From a virus: a stretch of 64,000 bases of DNA. The stretch lies in IMG/VR virus record IMGVR_UViG_3300013137_002966, positions 29,723 through 93,722 of that record, one strand, 5' to 3'. Below are positions 54,259 through 61,138 of the stretch, one piece after another. Numbering within the stretch: position 1 is the first letter of the stretch; each line of letters starts with the position of its first letter. The position numbers were made by a program, and so were the translations under genes. Under the pieces are notes generated by a model, which did not search any database, was not told where the DNA came from, and was given only the letters and a program-made list of their open reading frames with translations.

Positions 54259-54848
54259 TTTTCACCATCATAAATAAATGTAGCAATTTGTCCTGTCTGA
54301 ATTGTTAAAGAATTTGGTAAATCAGTATTATAATTTTGTATCATCATGCTCCAAGTTGAACCACACTTTATAGCAAGTGATGTGTCTTTCCTATTAGATA
54401 AAAAATTATTATTTTTACTTGGTATCGGAAGAATTAAATTATGATAATTTATACCATCATAGGTGCTGAATTCTTTAACATAATCTTCTATTAAATAAGA
54501 ATCATCTAACGAGATTTTTTGTTCATTATTATCTCTTATATCTGCAATTAATGTTTCTCTAGTTTCTAACCATTCTTTCTCCACTTCCATCCATTTATTA
54601 TGAGGACAAGAGCCACCGGGATCTCTATATGTTGCAGAAGTAAACATTTTTGATCTTAATGCACAGCCACAAACTTTACATCTTGTAAGATATTCAACTA
54701 TTTGTGGATCTGGATTAGGAAGCTGAATTACATCTTTAAATTCACAAGAATCACATATAACTATTCTTTTAGATGCAATATCAAAATTGGTCTCATCAGG
54801 ATTGTAAACTATTTTCCAGGATTTGAAAAGTTCTTCTACACTATTCAT
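54240..54848 (-). CDS. Hypothetical protein with Cys-rich N-terminus
   Basis: CDSC, CKVCGC, CPHNKW. Confidence 0.65.
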   Translation of the reverse strand: MNSVEELFKSWKIVYNPDETNFDIASKRIVICDSCEFKDVIQLPNPDPQIVEYLTRCKVCGCALRSKMFTSATYRDPGGSCPHNKWMEVEKEWLETRETLIADIRDNNEQKISLDDSYLIEDYVKEFSTYDGINYHNLILPIPSKNNNFLSNRKDTSLAIKCGSTWSMMIQNYNTDLPNSLTIQTGQIATFIYDGEKWIYQK

Positions 54849-54909
54849 ATTTTTTTATTATTTTTTATTCTATATATTGTCTTTTTGTGAGTCAAAAATT
54901 ATATTAGAA

Positions 54910-54938
54910 TAAAAAAAGACCCTTTCGGGTCTTTTTTT
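54910..54938 (-). terminator. Intrinsic terminator
   Basis: aaaaaaagacc-ctttcg-ggtcttttttt. Confidence 0.85.
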
Positions 54939-54955
54939 ATTCCCAAAACATTATG

Positions 54956-57463
54956 TTATTGTAACACAATCTTTTTAACACTCATTTCTGAACCATCATT
55001 TATTTTTAAATAATAAATACCTTTTGAAAAACTTGTAATATTAATTTGCTCATCATGATTTTGAATATTTTTTAATTCGTTATAATATACAACTTGTCCA
55101 GATGCATTAATCATCTGAATTTTCATATCAGTACTCTTATTATTTATAAAACTAATAGTAAATTTATCATCAACCGGATTAGGATAAACATTAATTCTAT
55201 TTTCTAATGTATAATCATTGACACCAGTACCATAATTAACAATTACAAAATATTCAACAAATGAACAATTTTCTGCCCAAACAGTATAAACAACAGGTGT
55301 AATAAAATCATTAACAGTAACTCCATTAACCTGAGTAATATTATTATGCGTCAACACTGAACCATCACTAGTAACAAAACTAGCTACTAAATTAGTTTTC
55401 TCTATTCTCGTAGGAATTAACAATTCAATAGTCTTACTAGTTTCATTAATGGTTCCAATTATATCAGTGCGTAGTTCTCTGTTATTATCAGAATCAAACC
55501 AATAATTAAGTAATTTTTTTTCACTATTTTCTGGTCGAACCACTGCAGTAACTGTATAAGTTTTAGAAACACCAGATTCTGATGTAATGATAATATTAAT
55601 TGGATTAGTCAAATCAATAACACCAGATGTTCTTGAAGAAGTAGCGCCATCACTAATAACAAAAGAAGAAAATAAAGTTGATAAATTAGTACCATATTTA
55701 ACAGAAACTGTAATATTATTATCAGTGTAAACACCTGGTACAATATATCTAACACCAAAACAATCAGTTAAAGTCAATTTAAAGTCAATTAAATCGTTAC
55801 CAGTCTTGGCAGGTATTTTAGAAACTATAACCTCATATCTTTCTTGAGTTCCATCTTCAGCAGTAACAACATATGTTAAAGCATTAGAATAATTATTAAT
55901 ATTAAAATCACTTATTTGTGGCGTAAAAGTACCATTACTTTCAGCAATAGATACACAAGAATAAATACTACTAGTAAAATATGCTCTTAATTGATAAAGA
56001 TTAGTATTATAAGGAACAATTACATTAATTCTTTTAAGATTCTGATCAATTGAGCCAGAATAAATTGAATCAGGCCATGAAAAACCCCATCCAGTATTTG
56101 TAGCCTTATTAAATCCAAAAGTTAAAATTTGTTTAGTATTACTAGGTACTCCAGCATTAATAATAACAGAATATGTCTTAGTTGTAATACCATCTTCAGC
56201 AGTAATTACAATTGTATTATTGCTAGAATTAAGAACCGTACCAATAGGATCAGAAGTACGAGCCAATAACGAAAAAGTCTCACCATGAATAGTTAAACTG
56301 TTAACACCATAAGGAACATTAAATGTAATAGTATTAGTTCCAATTACACCTAAAACATTACCAGTATAATTCACACCACATAAATTAACTTTAGAATAAT
56401 TTGCATCAATTGAAATTAAATCGCAACCAGTTTTAACAATATCTTTAGTAACAGTTAATGTAAAATCTGACACTTCACTTTTTAATTCAGCTTGAACCCA
56501 AAAATGTAAAACTGTCACGTCACCAGTCAAAGGAAATGATGTACCCGAGCAAATTTCATTGGTTAATGTAGATTCACTAAACATATGTGCATATGGTGAA
56601 ATTGCCCAAACAGGAGCAATAATTGTTGCAGAATATGGAACTACAGCCGTAATATTTTGTGTATTATAATTTACAACAGCTGGTGTTACAGCATTAGGAA
56701 CAATAAATGATAATAAATTATCCTGAATACTAGCAGGTCCCACAATTGGGAGAACAGAATAATTGTGCGCTACACCAGATTGTGAAGTAACAACAAAAAT
56801 CTTTGCTTCTGGAATACCATTATTATCAATATCAAAATCTTGAGCGGTAAAAGAGGTAAAATTACAAGTCGCATAAGGACTAATTGTAAAACGAACCGTA
56901 AGATCATCTAACCTAGCACCAAACGGAACAGGAAAAGTTATATTATCACCAGAAATAGTACCAGGTTCTGTTTGTAAAAACGTACCATTAGGTTCACATG
57001 GACCTGTCCAATTTTTAGCCCAAGCACCACTAAAAGTCAATATACTATTTTCTGTTGATGGAGGTCTAGTAGATATTGTTACTACATAATTTTCATATGA
57101 TAGATTTTCAGCTTGAACAGTCAAAGTTACTGGTTGAGTATAATTCCAACTCGTAATATTTGATACTGCTAATATACCTAATGTTGGATTAGCACCAAAA
57201 AATACCTTAGAAAATTCACTAGAAGTAAAAGTTGCCTTTAATGCAGTAACATTAGTAGCATAAGGTACTGTAATAGCTACTGTACGATTTGCTTGATTAA
57301 TAACTCCTGATATATCAGTTTGTAATTCAGAATTAAATGTTGTTTCAAATCCAAATGTCAACAACATTTTTGCAGAGCTTAAGTTTTGAGCCGATCCCCA
57401 AGAAAAGCTTAGAGCCAACATAATGGCTAGTAAACTAAAAAATTTTCGTAAATGTTTAATCAT
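54956..57463 (-). CDS. Secreted Ig-like repeat (DUF5018-like) protein with T9SS C-terminal sorting domain
   Basis: Signal peptide; VTAEDG/VTSESG repeats; VYPNP...GIYYLKI...KKIV C-terminal domain. Confidence 0.85.
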   Translation of the reverse strand: MIKHLRKFFSLLAIMLALSFSWGSAQNLSSAKMLLTFGFETTFNSELQTDISGVINQANRTVAITVPYATNVTALKATFTSSEFSKVFFGANPTLGILAVSNITSWNYTQPVTLTVQAENLSYENYVVTISTRPPSTENSILTFSGAWAKNWTGPCEPNGTFLQTEPGTISGDNITFPVPFGARLDDLTVRFTISPYATCNFTSFTAQDFDIDNNGIPEAKIFVVTSQSGVAHNYSVLPIVGPASIQDNLLSFIVPNAVTPAVVNYNTQNITAVVPYSATIIAPVWAISPYAHMFSESTLTNEICSGTSFPLTGDVTVLHFWVQAELKSEVSDFTLTVTKDIVKTGCDLISIDANYSKVNLCGVNYTGNVLGVIGTNTITFNVPYGVNSLTIHGETFSLLARTSDPIGTVLNSSNNTIVITAEDGITTKTYSVIINAGVPSNTKQILTFGFNKATNTGWGFSWPDSIYSGSIDQNLKRINVIVPYNTNLYQLRAYFTSSIYSCVSIAESNGTFTPQISDFNINNYSNALTYVVTAEDGTQERYEVIVSKIPAKTGNDLIDFKLTLTDCFGVRYIVPGVYTDNNITVSVKYGTNLSTLFSSFVISDGATSSRTSGVIDLTNPINIIITSESGVSKTYTVTAVVRPENSEKKLLNYWFDSDNNRELRTDIIGTINETSKTIELLIPTRIEKTNLVASFVTSDGSVLTHNNITQVNGVTVNDFITPVVYTVWAENCSFVEYFVIVNYGTGVNDYTLENRINVYPNPVDDKFTISFINNKSTDMKIQMINASGQVVYYNELKNIQNHDEQINITSFSKGIYYLKINDGSEMSVKKIVLQ

Positions 57464-57574
57464 AATTAAAATTGTTTTTTTTTGTTAATATTAAAAAATC
57501 TATTATTGTATTCGCATAATAGATTTCAATCTTATATAAATAAATTTATAAGAAGTTTAAAAAAAGTGAATTTG

Positions 57575-57648
57575 TGCATTCAGAGAGATTCGAACTCTCA
57601 TCTATATCATTCGCAATGATATCCTCTATCCAATTAAGTTATGAATGC
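57575..57648 (-). tRNA. tRNA-Arg(GCG)
   Basis: Cloverleaf; anticodon arm TATCA-TTGCGAA-TGATA; TTCGAAT T-loop. Confidence 0.85.
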
Positions 57649-57675
57649 GTTATTTCAAGCTACAGATATATTTTG

Positions 57676-57747
57676 TGCACCCAGCAAGATTCGAACTCGC
57701 ACACGATGGGTCGAAACCACCGATCCTTCCATTTAAATGATGAGTGC
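57676..57747 (-). tRNA. tRNA-Arg(TCG)
   Basis: GGTGG-TTTCGAC-CCATC; TTCGAAT. Confidence 0.85.
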
Positions 57748-57753
57748 ATTTTT

Positions 57754-58236
57754 TTAGACAGAGCCAAATATGGAAGCATCAACTTTTCTTAACTTATCTC
57801 TCCTTAAAATTATATTCTTATATTTTTTAATATCCTTATTACCTTCATCTAAACACTGTTCCAATAAATCATTAGTTTCATTCATCACAATTTTTTTTGT
57901 CCAATTTGAGCTATTATCACCATAATGATTAGTATCAAATCCAATCATCCAATAACCATCAAAATTTTTATAATTTTCTAATGTTATATCACCATCAAAC
58001 TCTCTATCACCTATCCATTCTAGAAAATATTCAGCTTCAAATTTTTGTGCAAAAGTCAATCCACCATGTATTCTTACATCATTTATATTATCATAATCTT
58101 TTCCATAAAAAGGATGATTTGGAGGTAATAAAACATAACCAGTACCCCAACCGTAATCAAAACCAATATCAAACATACTAAGTTTTGACTTGCTTAAAAT
58201 ATTCTCAATTATTAATGTGTATATTCCATATTTCAT
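57754..58236 (-). CDS. Conserved phage hypothetical protein within the tRNA array
   Basis: GYV..P..HP.YG, IHGGLTF, GFDTNH; TATCTTTG element at 58241-58248 just upstream of the ATG. Confidence 0.75.
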   Translation of the reverse strand: MKYGIYTLIIENILSKSKLSMFDIGFDYGWGTGYVLLPPNHPFYGKDYDNINDVRIHGGLTFAQKFEAEYFLEWIGDREFDGDITLENYKNFDGYWMIGFDTNHYGDNSSNWTKKIVMNETNDLLEQCLDEGNKDIKKYKNIILRRDKLRKVDASIFGSV

Positions 58237-58317
58237 AATACAAAGATAATAAAAAAAATTAATATTGGTGAATTTTTTTATGTAACGCACAATTTGTTAA
58301 AAAAATTGTTAAAAATG

Positions 58318-58391
58318 CGTGAGTGGAGGGTCACGATCCCCCAACCTTTTGATTAACAGTCAAATGCTCTAACCAATTGAGCTACACTCAC
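58318..58391 (-). tRNA. tRNA-Asn(GTT)
   Basis: TTTGA-CTGTTAA-TCAAA; G73; T-loop ATCGTGA. Confidence 0.9.
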
Positions 58392-58405
58392 TTATGTAAA
58401 ATTTG

Positions 58406-58488
58406 TAGTGTCGATGGGACTCGAACCCATATTTGCAACATACCAAATTACAGTTCTCGAAAGTATCAGTTTCGGCTGGTACGACACC
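58406..58488 (-). tRNA. Non-canonical tRNA-like RNA, anticodon GAT (Ile), no D-arm at the normal position
   Basis: Acceptor GGTGTCG/CGACACT; CGAAA-CTGATAC-TTTCG follows directly; canonical T-arm. Confidence 0.75.
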
Positions 58489-58494
58489 ATATTG

Positions 58495-58575
58495 TACTGG
58501 AGGTTGGATTCGAACCAACGTTTTCAACTTCCCACTACGTGTATAGAAGGTATAAGCTTCCAACGGTACCCCAGC
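58495..58575 (-). tRNA. Non-canonical tRNA-like RNA, anticodon TAT (Ile), same architecture
   Basis: GCTGGGG/CTCCAGT; GGAAG-CTTATAC-CTTCT; T-arm GTTGG-TTCGAAT-CCAAC. Confidence 0.75.
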
Positions 58576-58584
58576 ATAATTTTG

Positions 58585-58658
58585 TGGGTATGACAGAACT
58601 TGAATCTGTGACCTTTTGATTATCAGTCAAATGCTCTAACCAACTGAGCTACACACCC
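58585..58658 (-). tRNA. tRNA-Ile(GAT)
   Basis: TTTGA-CTGATAA-TCAAA; A73. Confidence 0.92.
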
Positions 58659-58662
58659 ATAT

Positions 58663-58764
58663 AGATTAAATGTGAAAGATTCGAACTTATCACCACCTCG
58701 TACCTGCCGAGATATTACGGATTGATTACCGTAAGTACTAACCACTTATACGAACATTTAATCT
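58663..58764 (-). ncRNA. tRNA-like RNA with 11-bp acceptor-type stem, 8-nt anticodon loop and variable arm
   Basis: AGATTAAATGT/ACATTTAATCT; D-loop AAGTGGTTA; TTACGG-TAATCAAT-CCGTAA; CTCG/CGAG; TTCGAAT. Confidence 0.7.
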
Positions 58765-58766
58765 TG

Positions 58767-58851
58767 TACCGTGAGTGGGAGTCGAACCCACGATGTCCTT
58801 ACGGACGGAGGCTTATGAGGCCCCTGCGATAGCCACTCCGCTCACCACGGT
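58767..58851 (-). tRNA. tRNA(CAT) (Met or Ile2) with long variable arm
   Basis: GGGGC-CTCATAA-GCCTC; V-arm GTCC-GTAA-GGAC. Confidence 0.85.
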
Positions 58852-58856
58852 ATTTG

Positions 58857-58941
58857 AGACGCTGATCGGACTCGAACCGACATACCCTTTCGGGATTGAC
58901 AGTTTTGCAGACTGCTAGCTAAACCATTCACCCACAGCGTC
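58857..58941 (-). tRNA. tRNA-Cys(GCA) with long variable arm
   Basis: GCAGT-CTGCAAA-ACTGT; V-arm CCC-GAAA-GGG; U73. Confidence 0.88.
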
Positions 58942-58956
58942 ATATAAAAAAATTTG

Positions 58957-59038
58957 TGGGAATAGATGGACTCGAACCACCGAACTCATACGAGAGCTGA
59001 TTTACAGTCAGCCGCAATTGCCACTATGCGATATTCCC
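58957..59038 (-). tRNA. tRNA-Tyr(GTA)
   Basis: GCTGA-CTGTAAA-TCAGC; V-arm; A73. Confidence 0.93.
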
Positions 59039-59110
59039 GTGGTATAAAGGTATCAGTAGCTTTCCTTTATCTTTCACTTTTTATCACCATTGCTACTATG
59101 TTGTGATAAA
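59039..59110 (-). ncRNA. Two-hairpin element with complementary loops
   Basis: TTTATCAC/GTGATAAA and ATAAAGG/CCTTTAT stems; loops contain AGTAGC and GCTACT. Confidence 0.55.
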
Positions 59111-59117
59111 CTCAGAG

Positions 59118-59192
59118 CACCCCTGAACGGTTACAATCCGTTTATTTTACTAAAGTGACAGTCTAGTTCTCCATCAAGGAGCCTACAAGGGT
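59118..59192 (-). tRNA. Divergent tRNA-Asp(GTC)
   Basis: ACCCTTG/CAGGGGT, G73, CTAGA-CTGTCAC-TTTAG; atypical D- and T-loops. Confidence 0.7.
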
Positions 59193-59199
59193 AATTTTG

Positions 59200-59267
59200 T
59201 GCCACCGGAAGTATTCGAAACTTCGAGCTGGGGTTTTACAGACCCGTCTTCTCCCTGGATCGTTGGC
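59200..59267 (-). tRNA. Short (68 nt) tRNA-Tyr(GTA)-like RNA with reduced D-arm and no V-arm
   Basis: GGGT-CTGTAAA-ACCC; GAAGT-TTCGAAT-ACTTC. Confidence 0.7.
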
Positions 59268-59272
59268 ATTTG

Positions 59273-59346
59273 CGGGGTTGACGGAACTCGAATCCGCGAC
59301 CACTTGAGTGACAGTCAAGTATTCTAACCATCTGAACTACAACCCC
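59273..59346 (-). tRNA. tRNA-Asp(GTC)
   Basis: CTTGA-CTGTCAC-TCAAG; G73. Confidence 0.93.
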
Positions 59347-59688
59347 TTAAAAACCAAATTCATTATAAATTCTAAGCCAATTTTTAATTGAATTACCAGT
59401 TACTCCATATTTTCTACCAGTTCCTTCTAAACCTAAAAGGTTTATTTCTTCAACTAATTTTTCATAAGGTGGTCTTTCAACTTTTCTTTGATTTATATAT
59501 GATTTTATTTCTTCTTTTGTAAATCCTTTATCATTTCTCTCTTTTTTAATATATTTTTTTGTTTCATATACAATTCCAACTTTTATTTTTTCAACTTTAT
59601 CGTTATTAGTAAGTTTAAATTTTAATATCTCAATTACATTTTCAATGTTATTTTTTACTTCATTTTCTGATACTCTAATCAATAGCAT
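59347..59688 (-). CDS. Truncated endonuclease remnant with HTH (DUF559-like tail)
   Basis: LIRVSENEVKNNIENV resembles a Vsr/DUF559 C-terminus; GRKYGVTGNSIKNW HTH. Confidence 0.5.
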   Translation of the reverse strand: MLLIRVSENEVKNNIENVIEILKFKLTNNDKVEKIKVGIVYETKKYIKKERNDKGFTKEEIKSYINQRKVERPPYEKLVEEINLLGLEGTGRKYGVTGNSIKNWLRIYNEFGF

Positions 59689-59712
59689 CTCATTGTAATC
59701 TCACACCTCCTG

Positions 59713-59783
59713 TACTCCCAGCGGATCCTGAGACCGCATCTTATCCTTGAAGGGGATATATCCTGCCTTTAGAAGATGGGAGC
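59713..59783 (-). tRNA. Divergent tRNA-Glu(TTC)
   Basis: GCTCCCA/TGGGAGT; TATCC-CCTTCAA-GGATA (C33); atypical T-loop. Confidence 0.75.
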
Positions 59784-59892
59784 ATGTTAAGGAAAACAGA
59801 ATACATTTTTTATTTGAATAAACGGTTCAATTTTTTTAGAATTGCTGTACGTATTCTTTATTTCCTTAATATTTTTCAAAAATTCACCAATA

Positions 59893-59903
59893 TGTCAAAG
59901 AAC
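59893..59903 (-). promoter_or_regulatory. rrn-type boxA antitermination element
   Basis: GTTCTTTGACA between the attenuator and the first tRNA. Confidence 0.65.
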
Positions 59904-59930
59904 CCTCACTTTATCAACTTCACTAAAAAC

Positions 59931-59963
59931 AAAAAACCCAGTCTTTTTTTGGACTGGGTTTTT
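59931..59963 (-). terminator. Attenuator 1 terminator
   Basis: AAACCCAGTC-CAAAAAAA-GACTGGGTTTTTT. Confidence 0.9.
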
Positions 59964-59983
59964 ATAATTTTTTTATAATTAGA

Positions 59984-60076
59984 TTATGATACTTCCAGTC
60001 CATATAGAGCATAATCCTCACATTCATTAATATTATTAATGTTGCGATAATCACATATGTTCATTCGGTTTTTCAT
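59984..60076 (-). CDS. Leader peptide 1 (MKNRMNICDYRNINNINECEDYALYGLEVS)
   Basis: 30-aa ORF; contains TGGACTGG, complementary to the terminator 5' arm. Confidence 0.85.
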   Translation of the reverse strand: MKNRMNICDYRNINNINECEDYALYGLEVS

Positions 60077-60139
60077 AACTCTTTTCTTTCTATTAATTTG
60101 TTTTATTTCTTACTTTATTTTTACTTCTCTTATAGAATA

Positions 60140-60170
60140 CAAATATACAAAAGTTTTTTTAATTTACAAA
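60140..60170 (-). promoter_or_regulatory. Bacteroidota sigma70-type promoter
   Basis: TTTG (60170-60167), 19 nt spacer, TATATTTG (60147-60140). Confidence 0.75.
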
Positions 60171-60199
60171 TATATATTAAATATTTTTTTCGTTTTTTT

Positions 60200-60490
60200 C
60201 TACTTTTTTTTATTTAGTTGATATTTAGATAATTTTATTATTCTTATAAATTTTTTATTGACTTGGTTTTTAGGTACTGTGTATAAAAATATAATTCTTT
60301 GTAACCATTTTATGTTTCTAAGAGTAATCAGATTATCTAATTTAATGAATAAGTGATATTTTCTGATTTGTTTTTTAGTAAATTTTTTTCTTTGTGTATA
60401 AAATTCACTAAATATTCTTTTATGAAAATAGTTAAAGTGTATTTTTTTCCACCACCAAGTTCCTCTATAAGTAATTAAAATTTTAAAAAT
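60200..60490 (-). CDS. Possible 96-aa basic protein with ATT start
   Basis: 97-codon open frame with no ATG/GTG/TTG; AAGGAG directly before ATT. Confidence 0.4.
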   Translation of the reverse strand: MFKILITYRGTWWWKKIHFNYFHKRIFSEFYTQRKKFTKKQIRKYHLFIKLDNLITLRNIKWLQRIIFLYTVPKNQVNKKFIRIIKLSKYQLNKKK

Positions 60491-60509
60491 ATTCTCCTTT
60501 CTTATTTAG

Positions 60510-60583
60510 TTGCGAATGGTTGGATTCGAACCAACGACCTCGAGCTTATGAAACTCGCTAGCTGACCACTGCTACACACCGCA
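60510..60583 (-). tRNA. tRNA-Met(CAT), initiator-like body, divergent
   Basis: CGAGT-TTCATAA-GCTCG; extra nucleotide in the acceptor stem. Confidence 0.8.
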
Positions 60584-60599
60584 ATATTCTTTTATTTTG

Positions 60600-60672
60600 T
60601 TGCGGGAGAAGGACTTGAACCTCCGACCTTCAGGTTATGGGCCTGACGAGCTACCAACTGCTCTATCCCGCG
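60600..60672 (-). tRNA. tRNA-fMet(CAT)
   Basis: C1:A72 mismatch; TCAGG-CCCATAA-CCTGA. Confidence 0.9.
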
Positions 60673-60680
60673 ATATATTT

Positions 60681-60779
60681 TTATGTCAAATGTCCAACTG
60701 AACCAAATGAATCACCAGCTTTTTTCTTAGCAACTATCATCAAAACAAATAATGCTATTATAATACCTATTACTATCAT
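60681..60779 (-). CDS. Small single-TM protein (32 aa)
   Basis: MIVIGIIIALFVLMIVAKKK...; starts just after the stop of 60782. Confidence 0.5.
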   Translation of the reverse strand: MIVIGIIIALFVLMIVAKKKAGDSFGSVGHLT

Positions 60780-60781
60780 TT

Positions 60782-61138
60782 TTATACTTTTTTCAAATTT
60801 GTTATAAAATCTTCTGTAGATATTTTATAATCTGAATAATCACAAATTACCTGATAATTAATATTTACAAATTCTTTTATCTTTTCTAGTACTTCTGTTG
60901 TTATTAATTTATTGTTAACCTCTCCAATTATTTCAAATTTCGGTATAGTAAGAACAAAACTATCAGATGGATCGAATGAATTTTTAACATTACAAACTTT
61001 AATTCTTCTCCAATGTTTACCAGGATTAGGTCCTATCCATAAAACAACATCTTTTATACCAGTTGTTTTAGAAGAAACGTTAGACATTTCTAATAGTTCT
61101 TGTTCCTGATATTCTTTATATTCTAATATTTTTTTCAT
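60782..61138 (-). CDS. Hypothetical protein under attenuator 2
   Basis: MKKILEYKEY...LLEM N-terminus. Confidence 0.75.
   Translation of the reverse strand: MKKILEYKEYQEQELLEMSNVSSKTTGIKDVVLWIGPNPGKHWRRIKVCNVKNSFDPSDSFVLTIPKFEIIGEVNNKLITTEVLEKIKEFVNINYQVICDYSDYKISTEDFITNLKKV

Noticed and set aside
57574-58619. ORF-track entries 57574..57792, 58369..58563, 58377..58619 and 58408..58593
   Set aside because: They overlap tRNA genes; GC-rich RNA genes create spurious ORFs
59784-59978. Plus-strand 64-aa ORF
   Set aside because: Antisense to the attenuator terminator, boxA and hairpin; no supporting features
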